From an uncultured Myxococcales bacterium (GTDB taxonomy: Bacteria > Myxococcota_A > Bradymonadia > UBA7976 > UBA1532), in NCBI GenBank assembly GCA_903847385.1, contig CAINDO010000561.1:10328-74327 (forward strand): 64,000 nt of DNA, written 5' to 3'. Every line of letters begins with the position of its first letter. The stretch's first letter is position 1. Below the pieces are notes generated by a model. That model ran no database searches, had not been told where the DNA came from, and worked only from the letters and a program-made list of their open reading frames with translations. Shown here piece after piece: positions 29,977 to 41,948 of the stretch. The translations under genes were made by a program, and so were the position numbers.

Positions 29977-30005
29977 AGGCTACTCGCCTCGCGCGGGGAA
30001 GTCAA
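29977..30005 (-). promoter_or_regulatory. candidate sigma70-type promoter for rplU-rpmA-obg
   Basis: Minus-strand TTGACT (30005-30000), 17-nt spacer, TAGCCT (29982-29977). ~45 nt upstream of the rplU ATG, embedded in the 3' end of mtnA. Confidence 0.25.
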
Positions 30006-31063
30006 CTGCGGACAGAGAGTTTATCGAGGCCTGGGCCGAAGGGAGGCGAGACGACCCCACGCTCGGTGATGAGCGCGGTGATCAACGCCGCGGGCGTGAC
30101 ATCGAAGGCGGGATTGTGCACGGGCACGCCCTCCGGCACCAGTCGCTTCTCACCGACGTGTGTCACTTCTCGCGTCGGCCGCTCCTCGATGGGGATCGAA
30201 GCGCCGGTCGGGAGCGTCAGATCGAGCGTGCTCGTCGGGAAAACGACGTAGAACGGGATGCCGTGCGCGCGGGCGGCGAGCGCCAGCCCGTAGGTGCCGA
30301 TCTTGTTCGCGGCGTCCCCGTTGGCGGCGACGCGATCCGCACCGACGAGCACGGCGTCCACCTTGCCCTGGTGCATGAGCCACGCGGCCATGTTGTCCGT
30401 GATGACGGTGACGGGGATGGCGTCCTTGTGGAGTTCCCAGGCCGTCAGGCGGGCGCCCTGCAGGAACGGGCGCGTCTCGTCCGCCAGCACGGAGTGGAGT
30501 TTGCCCTGGCGCCACGCGCTGCGGATGACGCCGAGCGCCGTCCCGTAACCGGCCGTCGCGAGGCCGCCGGCGTTGCAGTGGGTCAGGACACGACAGCCGT
30601 CGGGCAGGAGCGCCGCGCCGTGATCCCCCATCGCCCGGCACATGGCCAGGTCCTCGCGCCAGATTTCGAGCGCCTCGGCCTCGAGGTGCTCGACCAGCGT
30701 CGCGGCGGGTCCGGTCGCGGTGCCCAGCACGCGTCGCATGCGGTCGAGCGCCCAGAAGAGGTTCACCGCGGTAGGCCGCGTGCCCGCGAGCAGATCGACG
30801 GCCGGAGCCAGCGCTGCAGCGAGGGCCGTCGCCTGGCCGAGCGTGCCGGCGAGTCGCCGCGCCTCGACGACGACGCCGAACGCCGCCGTGATGCCGATGG
30901 CCGGGGCGCCGCGCACGACCATGTCGCGGATGGCCGTCGCGGTGGCCTCGGCCGTGGCGCAGGTCACGTAGACCTCTTCGTCCGGCAGGCGGCGCTGGTC
31001 GATCAGGCGGACGCCGTCCCGCTCGAGCGTGACGGTGTCGAAGGCGGCGTGGGGGCGTTCCAT
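30002..31063 (-). CDS. mtnA: S-methyl-5-thioribose-1-phosphate isomerase (eIF-2B alpha/beta/delta family)
   Basis: 353 aa; '[12 protein letters not shown]', '[20 protein letters not shown]', '[17 protein letters not shown]'. Confidence 0.85.
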   Translation of the reverse strand: MERPHAAFDTVTLERDGVRLIDQRRLPDEEVYVTCATAEATATAIRDMVVRGAPAIGITAAFGVVVEARRLAGTLGQATALAAALAPAVDLLAGTRPTAVNLFWALDRMRRVLGTATGPAATLVEHLEAEALEIWREDLAMCRAMGDHGAALLPDGCRVLTHCNAGGLATAGYGTALGVIRSAWRQGKLHSVLADETRPFLQGARLTAWELHKDAIPVTVITDNMAAWLMHQGKVDAVLVGADRVAANGDAANKIGTYGLALAARAHGIPFYVVFPTSTLDLTLPTGASIPIEERPTREVTHVGEKRLVPEGVPVHNPAFDVTPAALITALITERGVVSPPFGPGLDKLSVRS

Positions 31064-31064
31064 C

Positions 31065-32510
31065 TCAGGTTTCCTGGTCCGTGGCCTGGGCGAGCAGGCG
31101 GTCGAGGATCTCGTTCACGAGGGCCGGGTTCAACTTGCCGCCGCTCTGGCGCATGATCTGCCCGATGAAGAAGCCGCGCACGGTCGTCTTCCCGGCCCGG
31201 AACTGGGCGACCTGGGCCGGGTTCGCGGCGACGACGGCCCGAACGGTCGCTTCGATGGCGCCGGTGTCCGTGACCTGCCGGAGCCCCTCGGCGTCGATGA
31301 TGGCGTCCGGCGTCTCGCCGCTGAGGAGCATCTTCTCGAAGATCGTCTTGGCGATCTTGCCGCTGATGGTCTGGTCGTCGATGAGCGCGACCAGGCGGGC
31401 GAGGCGCTCCGGCGTGACTGGACAGGCGGCCAGCGCCGACACGGGGACACGGCCGAGCAACTCCGTCGTCAGCCAGTTGCAGAGGGCCTTGGCGTTCGGG
31501 TGCGCGGCGACCGCGGCGTCGAACCAACGGACGAGCGCCGGCTCGCCCGTGAGGACGGCGGCGTCGTAGGTGCTCAGGCCGTGGTCTTCCACGAGGCGCC
31601 GGCGAATCGCACGCGGCAGCTCGGGCAGGGCCGCACGGACGGCCTCGACGCGGTCCGGCGCGACGACGAGCGGCGGCAGATCCGGCTCGGGGAAGTACCG
31701 ATAGTCGTGGGCGTCCTCTTTGCCGCGCATTGCCCGACTGCGCCCGGCGTTCTCGTCCCAGAGACGCGTCTCCTGGTCGATCCGGCCGCCGTCCTCGAGC
31801 ACCTGGATGTGCCGGGCGATCTCGTACTCCACCGCCCGCTGCACGCCCCGAAACGTGTTCATGTTCTTCAGCTCGGTGCGGGTGCCGAGCGTGCGCTGGC
31901 CGACGGGACGCACGGAGACGTTGGCGTCACAGCGGAAGCTCCCCTCCTCCATGTTGCCATCGCAGACCCCCGTGAACCGGACGATCTCGTGGAGCGCTTT
32001 GAGGTACGCCACGGCCTCGTCCGCGCTGCGCAGGTCCGGGTCGCTCACGATCTCGATGAGCGGCACGCCGGCGCGGTTCAAGTCGACCAGCGTCGCGCCG
32101 GAGTCGGCGTGGATCGACTTGCCGGCGTCCTCCTCCATGTGGATGCGGCGGATGCCGATGTCCCGCGAGGCGCCGTCGACCTCGATGGCCAGGTGGCCGA
32201 ACTCGAGGATGGGCGCCTCGTACTGGGTGACCTGATAGCCCTTGGGCAGGTCCGGGTAGAAGTAGTGCTTGCGCGCGAAGACGCTGGGGCTGCGGACGCG
32301 GCAGTCGAGCGCCAGCCCGGCGGTCAGGGCGAGCGCGACGGCCTCGCCGTTGAGCACGGGCATCACGCCTGGAAAACCGAGGCAGATCGGGCACGTGTGG
32401 TCGTTCACGGCCCCGCCGAAGGTCGTCGGACAGCCGCAGAAGAGCTTCTCTCGCGTCAGGAGCTGGCAGTGGACCTCGAGGCCGATGACGGCCTCCCAGC
32501 GAATGCTCAT
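31065..32510 (-). CDS. gatB: Asp/Glu-tRNA(Asn/Gln) amidotransferase subunit B
   Basis: '[17 protein letters not shown]' start at 32510 (ATGA overlap with gatA stop); '[11 protein letters not shown]' and C-terminal GatB/YqeY domain. The track's 5' extension is rejected. Confidence 0.95.
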   Translation of the reverse strand: MSIRWEAVIGLEVHCQLLTREKLFCGCPTTFGGAVNDHTCPICLGFPGVMPVLNGEAVALALTAGLALDCRVRSPSVFARKHYFYPDLPKGYQVTQYEAPILEFGHLAIEVDGASRDIGIRRIHMEEDAGKSIHADSGATLVDLNRAGVPLIEIVSDPDLRSADEAVAYLKALHEIVRFTGVCDGNMEEGSFRCDANVSVRPVGQRTLGTRTELKNMNTFRGVQRAVEYEIARHIQVLEDGGRIDQETRLWDENAGRSRAMRGKEDAHDYRYFPEPDLPPLVVAPDRVEAVRAALPELPRAIRRRLVEDHGLSTYDAAVLTGEPALVRWFDAAVAAHPNAKALCNWLTTELLGRVPVSALAACPVTPERLARLVALIDDQTISGKIAKTIFEKMLLSGETPDAIIDAEGLRQVTDTGAIEATVRAVVAANPAQVAQFRAGKTTVRGFFIGQIMRQSGGKLNPALVNEILDRLLAQATDQET

Positions 32511-34006
32511 CGGGGGACCTCCTGAGCGACGAAGGGCTCCCGAGGCCGGTGCCCGGCGGTGCCGGAGGCGTCCTCGTACGCGGCGGCGATCCGGAACAGG
32601 CCAGCCTCGTCGAAGGGACGACCGAGGAGCTGCAGGCCGATGGGGAGGCCCGCCGCGTCGAAGCCGCACGGCATCGACAAACCCGGCAGCCCGGCGAGGT
32701 TGCAGGCGATGGTGAAGATGTCCGCGAGGTACATCTGGAGCGGGTCCGCGAGGCGCTCACCGAGCGGAAACGCCGTGGTGGGCGACGTCGGCGTCACGAG
32801 GGCGTCCACCTGAGCGAACGCCGCCTCGAAGTCGCGGCGAATGAGCGTCCGCACCTGCGCCGCCTTGCCATAGTAGGCGTCCTGGTAACCCGCGGAGAGC
32901 GCGAAGGTGCCCAGCATGATGCGGCGCGCGACCTCGAGGCCGAACGCCTCGCCCCGCGACCGCGCGTAGAGGGTCTGCAGGTCGGCGGGCGCGGCCGTGC
33001 GGTGGCCGTAGCGGACGCCGTCGAAGCGGGCCAGGTTGCTCGAGGCCTCGGCCGTGGCGATCAGGTAGTAGGTCGAGATGGCATATTGTGTGTGCGGTAG
33101 TGACACCGAGACGATCTCGGCGCCGAGGCCGCGCAGGACCTCGACGGCGGACTCGACGGCGGCGCGGACGTCGGGCGCCAGGCCTTCATCGGGGAAGTAC
33201 TCCCGGGGCAGGCCGATGCGCAGCCCGGAGAGGTCGCCGTCGGCACGCAGGGCCGACCCGAGCGCGGGCATGGGCGCCTCCGTCGAGGTCGAATCGGCCG
33301 GGTCGAAGCCGCCGATGGCCTCGAAGAGGGTCGCCGTGTCGCGCACGTCCCGCGCCATCGGGCCGACCTGGTCCAGGCTGCTGGCGAAGGCGATGAGGCC
33401 GAAGCGGCTGACCCGCCCATAGGTGGGCTTCAGGCCGACGACGCCGCAGAACGACGCGGGCTGTCGGATCGAGCCGCCCGTGTCCGACCCCAACGCGCCG
33501 GCGCAGAGGCCCGCCGCGACCGCCGCCGCGCTGCCACCGCTGCTGCCCCCGGGCGCGCGGCGCAGGTCCCACGGGTTGCGCGTGACCTGAAAGGCGCTGT
33601 TCTCCGTCGAGGAGCCCATGGCGAACTCGTCCATGTTCAGCTTGCCGAGAACGACCGCGTCGGCCTCTCGCAGGCGCCGCACCACGGTCGCGTCGCAGGG
33701 GGGCACGAAGCGATCGAGCATGCGGCTCGCGCACGTCGTGCGGAGGCCCTGGGTCAGCAGGTTGTCCTTCAGGCCGAGGGGTACCCCGGCCAGGGCGCCG
33801 AGCGCCTCGCCGGCCCGGCGCCGCGCGTCGATCGCGTGGGCCTGCGCCAGGGCGCCTTCGGCGTCGACCGTGAGGTACGCACCCACGGCGGCGTCGAGCC
33901 GCTCGATCCGGTCGAGGTGATGGCGCGTGGCCTCCACGGCGGAGACCTGCCCCGCGACGAGCGCGTCGCGCAGGGCGCGGAGTCCTTCGGGCATCGCGTG
34001 CTGCAT
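32507..34006 (-). CDS. gatA: Asp/Glu-tRNA(Asn/Gln) amidotransferase subunit A (amidase signature)
   Basis: Amidase signature '[15 protein letters not shown]', '[15 protein letters not shown]'; 499 aa. Confidence 0.95.
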   Translation of the reverse strand: MQHAMPEGLRALRDALVAGQVSAVEATRHHLDRIERLDAAVGAYLTVDAEGALAQAHAIDARRRAGEALGALAGVPLGLKDNLLTQGLRTTCASRMLDRFVPPCDATVVRRLREADAVVLGKLNMDEFAMGSSTENSAFQVTRNPWDLRRAPGGSSGGSAAAVAAGLCAGALGSDTGGSIRQPASFCGVVGLKPTYGRVSRFGLIAFASSLDQVGPMARDVRDTATLFEAIGGFDPADSTSTEAPMPALGSALRADGDLSGLRIGLPREYFPDEGLAPDVRAAVESAVEVLRGLGAEIVSVSLPHTQYAISTYYLIATAEASSNLARFDGVRYGHRTAAPADLQTLYARSRGEAFGLEVARRIMLGTFALSAGYQDAYYGKAAQVRTLIRRDFEAAFAQVDALVTPTSPTTAFPLGERLADPLQMYLADIFTIACNLAGLPGLSMPCGFDAAGLPIGLQLLGRPFDEAGLFRIAAAYEDASGTAGHRPREPFVAQEVPR

Positions 34007-34015
34007 CGGCGACCC

Positions 34016-34327
34016 TCAGAGCACGCGAGGCACGCGGAACGCCGCGTCCTCGTGATCGGGGGCGTTCGCCACGTGCTCGCCGGGCGCCAGCGCGACGCGC
34101 AGACCCTCGGGACGCAAACGGGTCGCTTCGCCCGAGAGCGTCGTGGGGGGCACCCCGGTCGTGTCGAGCCCGGTCAGCTGCTCGATGTGCCCGAGGATCG
34201 CGCCGAGATCGCGCCGCAGGCGCTCGGCGGCCTCGGGTGCGATCTCCAGACGGGCGAGCCGGGCGATGTGCGCGACCGTGGCGGGTTCGAGGTCGTGTTC
34301 GGGCGAGGTGCTCACCGGTCTCTCCAC
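34016..34327 (-). CDS. gatC: Asp/Glu-tRNA(Asn/Gln) amidotransferase subunit C
   Basis: 'VAHIARLARLEI...' GatC motif. GTG start (34327, or 34315). Confidence 0.85.
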   Translation of the reverse strand: MERPVSTSPEHDLEPATVAHIARLARLEIAPEAAERLRRDLGAILGHIEQLTGLDTTGVPPTTLSGEATRLRPEGLRVALAPGEHVANAPDHEDAAFRVPRVL

Positions 34328-34363
34328 GGGGGACGGTGCGCGGTTTATAGGAGCCCGACGGCC

Positions 34364-36559
34364 TTACTGCAACCGCTCCAGCCGCCGGCGCGCCATGTCG
34401 GCCCGGCGACCGTTGGGGTGTGCCTCGAGGAAGGTCTTGTAGGCCCCCACGGCGTCGCTCGTCTTGCCGGCCTTCTCGTAGGCCTCGGCGACGCCGTAGA
34501 GCGCATCGGAGTAGCGCGGGCTGCGGTCGAGGGCCTGCTGAAACTGCGCCAGCGCCTCGGCGTACCGGTGCTGGTCGACGTAACACCAGCCGAGGTTGGC
34601 GAAGGGCTCCGGGCTGCGCGGCTTCGCCTGGCTGGCCTTCTCGAAGAAGCGCGCGGCGACCTCCGGCTTGCCGGCCTCGAGGTTCCGGGCGCCCCGGAGC
34701 ATCAGGCCGTCGAAGTCGTCCCCGGCGTGGATGGGCGTGGGCTCCTCTGCGACTCGCACGGCGCCGGGCGCCGCGGTCGGCGCTGCGGACACCGGCGCCC
34801 GGACGGCGGCAGCGGTGACCGGCGCAGGGGCCGCGGTGACCGGCGCAGGGGCCGCGGTGACCGGCGCAGGGGCCGCGGTCACGGGCGCGGAAGGTGCCAG
34901 GCTCGCCGCCACGGGCGGGGCCGTGCCGCTCGTCAGGCGTGTCTTCAGGTCGATGCCCTGCACATGGCTGGGCGTGGCTCGAAGGAGCTCCATCGCGACC
35001 TGCAGCGCTTCGTCCCGGCGCCCGGACTTCTCGAGCGCGAGGCCGCGGATCAGCAGGACCCGCGGCACCGACCGCGCCTCGGGCGGGAGCGCGGCCAGGC
35101 GGTCCGAGACGGCGCCGGGGTCGTCCGAGCCCTCGATCATCGCCCGGAGAAAGACATACTCCGGCCGAGACGAGGCCTTGGGCGCCGCCGCATCCAGGAA
35201 GTTGCGAACGCTCACGCGCTCGTCGCGCAGGCGGAGGCTGTCCGCCCAGGCGAGCTCGATGTCCGGCAGGTCCGGGGCGTGCACGCGGGCGGTGCCCAAC
35301 AGGTCGTTGACCTTGGCCAGCATCGCGCCCGGGGCATCTCCGCCGAGCATCCGGTGCTCGGCCCGGGCCAGCAGCACCCGGGCCTTGCCCACGAGCGCCC
35401 GCGCCGCGAGGACGCGGTCCGAGGGCGGCTCGCCGAGGGCGGCCAGGATGGCGTCGTACTCGGGGATGGCCAGGTCGAGCTCGGAGTCGGCGTCCGTCCG
35501 GACCCGTGCGTCGGCGGCGTCGAGCCGCGTCGGCAGGTCGAGCACGGCCGTGGTCGCCGGGGCCGGCGCGCGGTCGGGGCCGGCGGAGAGCGGCGCGGGC
35601 CTGGACAGGGCGGAGCGGCCCTTGTCGGTGTTCAGGTGCTCGAACGCGCCGTAGGCGACGGCGAAGAGCGCGCCCGTGACGCCGACGCCGATCACGAACC
35701 CGCGAGCCGTGTTGCCCCGCGTCGCCGGTGCGGCGCCGCCGCCGAGGTCGAAGCCCGGCACCGAGGGCTCCTGCCGCAGGGGGGGGCGCGGCGCGGGCGT
35801 GCGCATCACCGTGACCTGGGGTCCCGGCTCGGAGACCGGGATCTGCACGCGGCGCATCGCGGCCGTCTCGGTGATGACCGGCGCGGGGGTCGGCGCCTGC
35901 GGCGCGACCTGGATCTGGGCCATCGATTGGGTCCCCATCAGCGGCGCGCTGACGGGCGTGGGCGCCTCGCCGGGCCCTTCCAGCCGGAACTGGCCGGTGT
36001 CCAGCAGGTCGTCCCGGCCGCGGGGTGGCGCGGGCGGGGCGGGCGGCGCGAGGTTCGGTCGGACCGGCGCCATCTGGCTCGAGGTCTGGGTCGGCGGCGC
36101 GGGCGGCTCCGGCGTGGAGGCGGGCGGGTTGTTTCGCAGCGCCTCGCCCTCGACCACGAGGAAGAAGCTGGAGAGCTCCACGATGGAGCCGAGGGGCTTC
36201 CAGCTCTCACCGGTCTTCGAGATCTCGTCGTCCCGGGAGACCTTGCGCTCGAGGATCCACTTCTGGAGCGTGGAGAGGTCCTTGAACTCGAGGACGTCCG
36301 TGCTGCGCTCCTTGCGGATCATCCAGCCGCGGGTGCGGGCCGGCGCACCCGCCCGAGGCAGTTGCGCCATCTCGGTCGTCGTCGTCGGTCGGGAGGGACG
36401 CGCCTCGGCGATCACGGGCCGCTCGTCCACGGTCACGCTGTGACGCGTCACGCGGAAGAGGAACCCGCAATGGGTGCACTTCACGGCGATGCCCGCGTCC
36501 GTGACCTTGGCGTCATCGAATTCGTATTCGGTGCCGCACTGCTCGCATCTGACGTCCAT
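34364..36559 (-). CDS. zinc-ribbon + GYF(DUF4339-like) domain bitopic membrane protein with periplasmic linker repeats and C-terminal TPR domain
   Basis: 'MDVRCEQCGTEYEF...VKCTHCGFLF' MJ0042-type CxxC...CxxC zinc ribbon. GYF-like 'GWMIRKERSTDVLEFKDLSTLQKWILERKVSRDDEISKTGESWKPLGSIVEL'. Pro/Ala-rich linker, TM 'GFVIGVGVTGALFAVAYGAF', (APAPVTA)x4 repeat, C-terminal TPRs ('NLGWCYVDQHRYAEALAQFQQAL...'). Confidence 0.7.
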   Translation of the reverse strand: MDVRCEQCGTEYEFDDAKVTDAGIAVKCTHCGFLFRVTRHSVTVDERPVIAEARPSRPTTTTEMAQLPRAGAPARTRGWMIRKERSTDVLEFKDLSTLQKWILERKVSRDDEISKTGESWKPLGSIVELSSFFLVVEGEALRNNPPASTPEPPAPPTQTSSQMAPVRPNLAPPAPPAPPRGRDDLLDTGQFRLEGPGEAPTPVSAPLMGTQSMAQIQVAPQAPTPAPVITETAAMRRVQIPVSEPGPQVTVMRTPAPRPPLRQEPSVPGFDLGGGAAPATRGNTARGFVIGVGVTGALFAVAYGAFEHLNTDKGRSALSRPAPLSAGPDRAPAPATTAVLDLPTRLDAADARVRTDADSELDLAIPEYDAILAALGEPPSDRVLAARALVGKARVLLARAEHRMLGGDAPGAMLAKVNDLLGTARVHAPDLPDIELAWADSLRLRDERVSVRNFLDAAAPKASSRPEYVFLRAMIEGSDDPGAVSDRLAALPPEARSVPRVLLIRGLALEKSGRRDEALQVAMELLRATPSHVQGIDLKTRLTSGTAPPVAASLAPSAPVTAAPAPVTAAPAPVTAAPAPVTAAAVRAPVSAAPTAAPGAVRVAEEPTPIHAGDDFDGLMLRGARNLEAGKPEVAARFFEKASQAKPRSPEPFANLGWCYVDQHRYAEALAQFQQALDRSPRYSDALYGVAEAYEKAGKTSDAVGAYKTFLEAHPNGRRADMARRRLERLQ
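34814..34876. repeat. perfect 21-bp tandem repeat x3 (plus a degenerate 4th unit) inside the CDS; encodes (APAPVTA)n
   Basis: gtgaccggcgcaggggccgcg repeated at 34814, 34835 and 34856, followed by a diverged copy. Confidence 0.8.
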
Positions 36560-37825
36560 TCACTCCCCGCCTGACCGCGCTCTCGTTCGCCGGTACTCCG
36601 CCAAGGCGGTCCGCGCCTCGCGATCCCGCCCGCCCAGTTTCGAAAGCGTCAACGCAAGATAACGAAAGACGCGCGGGTCGTCTTTTTCGCTGCGTGCGGC
36701 TTGTTGAAGGAGTTGTTCGGCGGCCGTGTAACGTTCGGCCTCGAAGGCCTGCAGAGCGGCCTGCAGCGCGGGTCCGGGGGGGGTCGCATCGATCGGGACC
36801 GCGGCCGCGGCCACGACGGGTGCGGGGGTCGACGGCGTGACCGCGGTCAGCACCTGCGCGACGACGAGTGCGACGCCGACCGTCCCGCCGGCGAGCACGA
36901 GCGCGAAGCCCGTGCCGAAGGTGCGCCCTGCGGGGGCCGGGCGAGCCGCCGTGCGTGCCCCGGGGGCGCCCGGAGAGGCCGCAGCGACGGGACTTCGCGC
37001 GGCCGGCGCGCGGGACTCGGGCCGTTGAGCCGCCGGGGCCCGCGAGCCTTGCGGCTTGCGACCGGCCAGTTCCAGCTCGAGCTTGGGCGCGGCGCCCTCG
37101 TTCGACGAGAATCCGCCGGCCGCAGGGCGCATCCCGAGGCGGGTCATCACCTCGGGGTAGTCCTCGACCGTCCGGAAGGCGCCACCGCCGCGGGCGATGC
37201 GGATGCCGTCGAAGGAGTCCTTGTTCTGCAGCCACTGGATCACGGACTCGATGGAGACCATGTCGTAGACGGTGCCGGCGGCGTTGCGCACGCGCCAGCC
37301 CTCGCCCGCGTTCCCACCGGACTCCTTGGCCCGACCGCCGGCCATCGATCCGCCGGCCATCGACCCGCCGACCGCCTCGAGCGAGAGCTCGTCCGGTGTG
37401 GCTTCGTCGAGGTTGCCGAGATCGGCGGCGGGGCCGGCGTCTGCGCCAGGGAACGTGAACGCCGGGACGAAACCGCCGCGACCGGCCGTCGTGACGGGGG
37501 CCGGGGGCGCCGAAGGGATCCCGCCGCCGTCGAGGATGGCCGAGAGGTCGAAGGCGTCGGCGTCGTTCCCCGCCGGCATGTCGCCCAGGCTGGAGTTGTG
37601 TCCCCCGGGCGAGGCGTCGCCGCGCGCCGGTGGCGGGCCGAGGTCGCCGAGCTCGATGGACCCCGCGGCCCGGGGCTCCAGCAGGCCTCGACCGGCGCGA
37701 GGGGCCGGCCGTTCGGGACCGACGGCGTGACCGCACGCCCGGCAGACGGCATCGCCGGCGCCGAGCAACCCACCACACTCAGGACAACGACGACTCATGT
37801 GAAGGCCGACGTTGCCACAGGACAC
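36560..37825 (-). CDS. zinc-ribbon + GYF(DUF4339-like) domain bitopic membrane protein (paralogue of the downstream gene)
   Basis: 'RRCPECGGLLGAGDAVCRACGH' zinc ribbon. GYF-like 'GWRVRNAAGTVYDMVSIESVIQWLQNKDSFDGIRIARGGGAFRTVEDYPEV'. TM 'FGTGFALVLAGGTVGVALVVAQVL'. Short C-terminal helical domain. Stop abuts the start of the next gene; alternative start at 37798. Confidence 0.65.
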   Translation of the reverse strand: MSCGNVGLHMSRRCPECGGLLGAGDAVCRACGHAVGPERPAPRAGRGLLEPRAAGSIELGDLGPPPARGDASPGGHNSSLGDMPAGNDADAFDLSAILDGGGIPSAPPAPVTTAGRGGFVPAFTFPGADAGPAADLGNLDEATPDELSLEAVGGSMAGGSMAGGRAKESGGNAGEGWRVRNAAGTVYDMVSIESVIQWLQNKDSFDGIRIARGGGAFRTVEDYPEVMTRLGMRPAAGGFSSNEGAAPKLELELAGRKPQGSRAPAAQRPESRAPAARSPVAAASPGAPGARTAARPAPAGRTFGTGFALVLAGGTVGVALVVAQVLTAVTPSTPAPVVAAAAVPIDATPPGPALQAALQAFEAERYTAAEQLLQQAARSEKDDPRVFRYLALTLSKLGGRDREARTALAEYRRTRARSGGE

Positions 37826-37851
37826 CCCCGGAGGCCAATGCCAATCACGGG

Positions 37852-40089
37852 TCAGGTGTCCCAGTGGTCACCCGGGTCTTCGTAGACGGAGAGGAACCGC
37901 GCCACGATGGTGCGGCGCCCGACCCCCGGAAACTCCACGACGGCCGTCGCGCCGTGCCCGCGCCCCACGGACACGACCTTGCCGCGGCCGAGCTCGCCGT
38001 GCCAGACGGAGACGCCGGCCCGCAGGCCCCCGGCGTCGCCGTCGCCGTCGGCATCGTCCCAGGTGGCGTCCCGGTAGAGGTCGTCGTCGGGACGGGGGAG
38101 CTGCTTTCCGAAGCGCGGCCGGAGCGTCTGCGCGGGCGCGGGCGTGTGGTCGACGTGCGGCTCGACGTCGGCGGACGGAATCTCGGCCAGGAACCGGCTC
38201 GGGGGGTTGCGACGCGTCTCGGCGAAGGTCCGCCGCTCCCGGCACCAGGTCAGGGCGAGTCGGCGCCGCGCTCTTGTGAGGGCGACGTAGCAGAGGCGGC
38301 GCTCCTCCTCGATGGCGTCGGGATCGTCCTCGCCGCGACGGTGCGGGAAGACGCCGTCCTCCAGCCCGACCACGAAACAGACCGGAAACTCCAGCCCCTT
38401 GGCGGCGTGGATCGTCAGCAGCGCGATGGCGCCGCGGCTCGGATCGTGGTCGTCCGCGTCGGAGACGAGCTTGACGGACTCGAGCCAGTCGCCCAGCCCG
38501 CCGGCGGGGTTCTCCTGCCGCCAGGACTGCAGCGCCACGAGCAGGCGCTCCACGTTCTCGGCGCGGGCGCGGGCATCCTCGTTGCGGGCGCCCTCGTGGC
38601 GGAGGCGCTCGCGGAGCGGTTCCAGCAGCGTCGCGGCGATGCGCTCGGCGGGTGCGCCCACCCCGACCGCTGCCCTGGCCTGGGCCAGCTCGGTCAAGAA
38701 CCCGCGCAGGCCCTCGACGGCCGCCCCCCGAAGCGCAACGAGCCCGCGGCCGGAGGCGGTGTGCAACGACACGCCTGCGGCCTGGGCGGCGGCGGCGAGC
38801 TTGTCCACGCTCGTTTCCCCGACGCCGCGCGGCGGGGCGCCCAGGGCGCGCCGGAAGGCGACGTCGTCGTCCGGGTTGACCACGAGGCGCAGCCAGGCCA
38901 CGGCGTCGCGGACCTCGGCGCGCTCGTAGAACGACCGGCCCCTCAGCGTGACGCTCGGCAGGCGCGCGCCCCGAAGCGCCTCCTCGAGGTCGAGCGAGAG
39001 GGCGTTGGTGCGCAGCAGAATCGCGAAGTCCGCCGGCGTGTGGCCCTCGTCCCGGCAGAGCGTCTGGATGCGCTGCGCCACCCAGCGCGCCTCGTCCCGG
39101 GGCGTGGCGAAGGAGCGGACCTCGAGCCGGTCCCCCGCCCCGTCCTCCGTGAAGAGGGTCTTGCCGAGTCGGCCCCGGTTCTGGGCGATCACGCCGTTGG
39201 CCGCGCCCAGGATGTGACCCGTGCTGCGGTAGTTGCGCTCCAGGCGCACCGTCGTCGCGCCGGGCCAAGTCTGCGCGAAGTTCAGGATGTTGCCCACGTC
39301 CGCGCCGCGCCAGCCGTAGATCGACTGGTCGTCGTCCCCGACGACGCAGAGATTCGATGTGGCTTCGGCGGGCGCGAGCTGCTGCAACCACGAGAGCTGC
39401 GCCGCGTTGGTGTCCTGGAACTCGTCCACGAGCACCCACGGCCAGCGCGCCCGGACGGACGCGGCGAGCGCGGGGTCCGCGGCCAGCAGCTCCGCCGGTC
39501 GGATGATCAGGTCGCCGAAGTCGAAGGCGTTGGCCCGGGCGAGCATCTCCTCGTAGCGCGCGCCGATGTCCGCCCCGCCGGCCGAGAGGATCTCCGGCGG
39601 CAGATCCGCGGCCGCAAGGGGCCGTCCGGCGTTCTTGGCCCGGTCGAGCGCATCCCGCACCTCGCGGGCCTCGCTCGCGCGCTGTCCCAGGCCGCTCGCC
39701 TCGAACACGCGCTTGAGCAGCGCCACCTGATCGTCGTCATCGTAGAGCGTGAAGTCCGGCGTTCGCCCGAGCCGCGCGGCGTGGCGACGCAGAAAACGGG
39801 CGCCGAAGCTGTGGAACGTCGACACCGTCAGGTCGCCGATGTTCGCGACGCCGGGCATCAAGTCCGCGCACCGCGACCGCATCTCGGCGGCCGCCTTGTT
39901 CGTGAAGGTCAGCGCCAGGATGTGGCCGGGGGGCACGCCGTCGCGAACGAGCCGCGCGATGCGGAACGTGACGACGCGCGTCTTCCCGCTCCCCGCGCCG
40001 GCGAGCACCAGCAGCGGGCCGGCGCCGTGCGACACGGCCGCGCGCTGCGCGGGGTTCAGGGCGGCGATCTGGCGGTCGAGGTCGCTCAA
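37852..40089 (-). CDS. ATP-dependent DNA helicase, UvrD/PcrA/Rep superfamily 1
   Basis: Walker A 'GAGSGKTRV', 'LTFTNKAAAEM', 'VDEFQDTN', 'YRST'; C-terminal tudor-like region. 745 aa. Confidence 0.9.
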   Translation of the reverse strand: MSDLDRQIAALNPAQRAAVSHGAGPLLVLAGAGSGKTRVVTFRIARLVRDGVPPGHILALTFTNKAAAEMRSRCADLMPGVANIGDLTVSTFHSFGARFLRRHAARLGRTPDFTLYDDDDQVALLKRVFEASGLGQRASEAREVRDALDRAKNAGRPLAAADLPPEILSAGGADIGARYEEMLARANAFDFGDLIIRPAELLAADPALAASVRARWPWVLVDEFQDTNAAQLSWLQQLAPAEATSNLCVVGDDDQSIYGWRGADVGNILNFAQTWPGATTVRLERNYRSTGHILGAANGVIAQNRGRLGKTLFTEDGAGDRLEVRSFATPRDEARWVAQRIQTLCRDEGHTPADFAILLRTNALSLDLEEALRGARLPSVTLRGRSFYERAEVRDAVAWLRLVVNPDDDVAFRRALGAPPRGVGETSVDKLAAAAQAAGVSLHTASGRGLVALRGAAVEGLRGFLTELAQARAAVGVGAPAERIAATLLEPLRERLRHEGARNEDARARAENVERLLVALQSWRQENPAGGLGDWLESVKLVSDADDHDPSRGAIALLTIHAAKGLEFPVCFVVGLEDGVFPHRRGEDDPDAIEEERRLCYVALTRARRRLALTWCRERRTFAETRRNPPSRFLAEIPSADVEPHVDHTPAPAQTLRPRFGKQLPRPDDDLYRDATWDDADGDGDAGGLRAGVSVWHGELGRGKVVSVGRGHGATAVVEFPGVGRRTIVARFLSVYEDPGDHWDT

Positions 40090-40096
40090 GGGCGCG

Positions 40097-41926
<1,830 letters not shown>

Positions 41927-41948
41927 GGGCGTCTCCTTCGGTGTCGTG

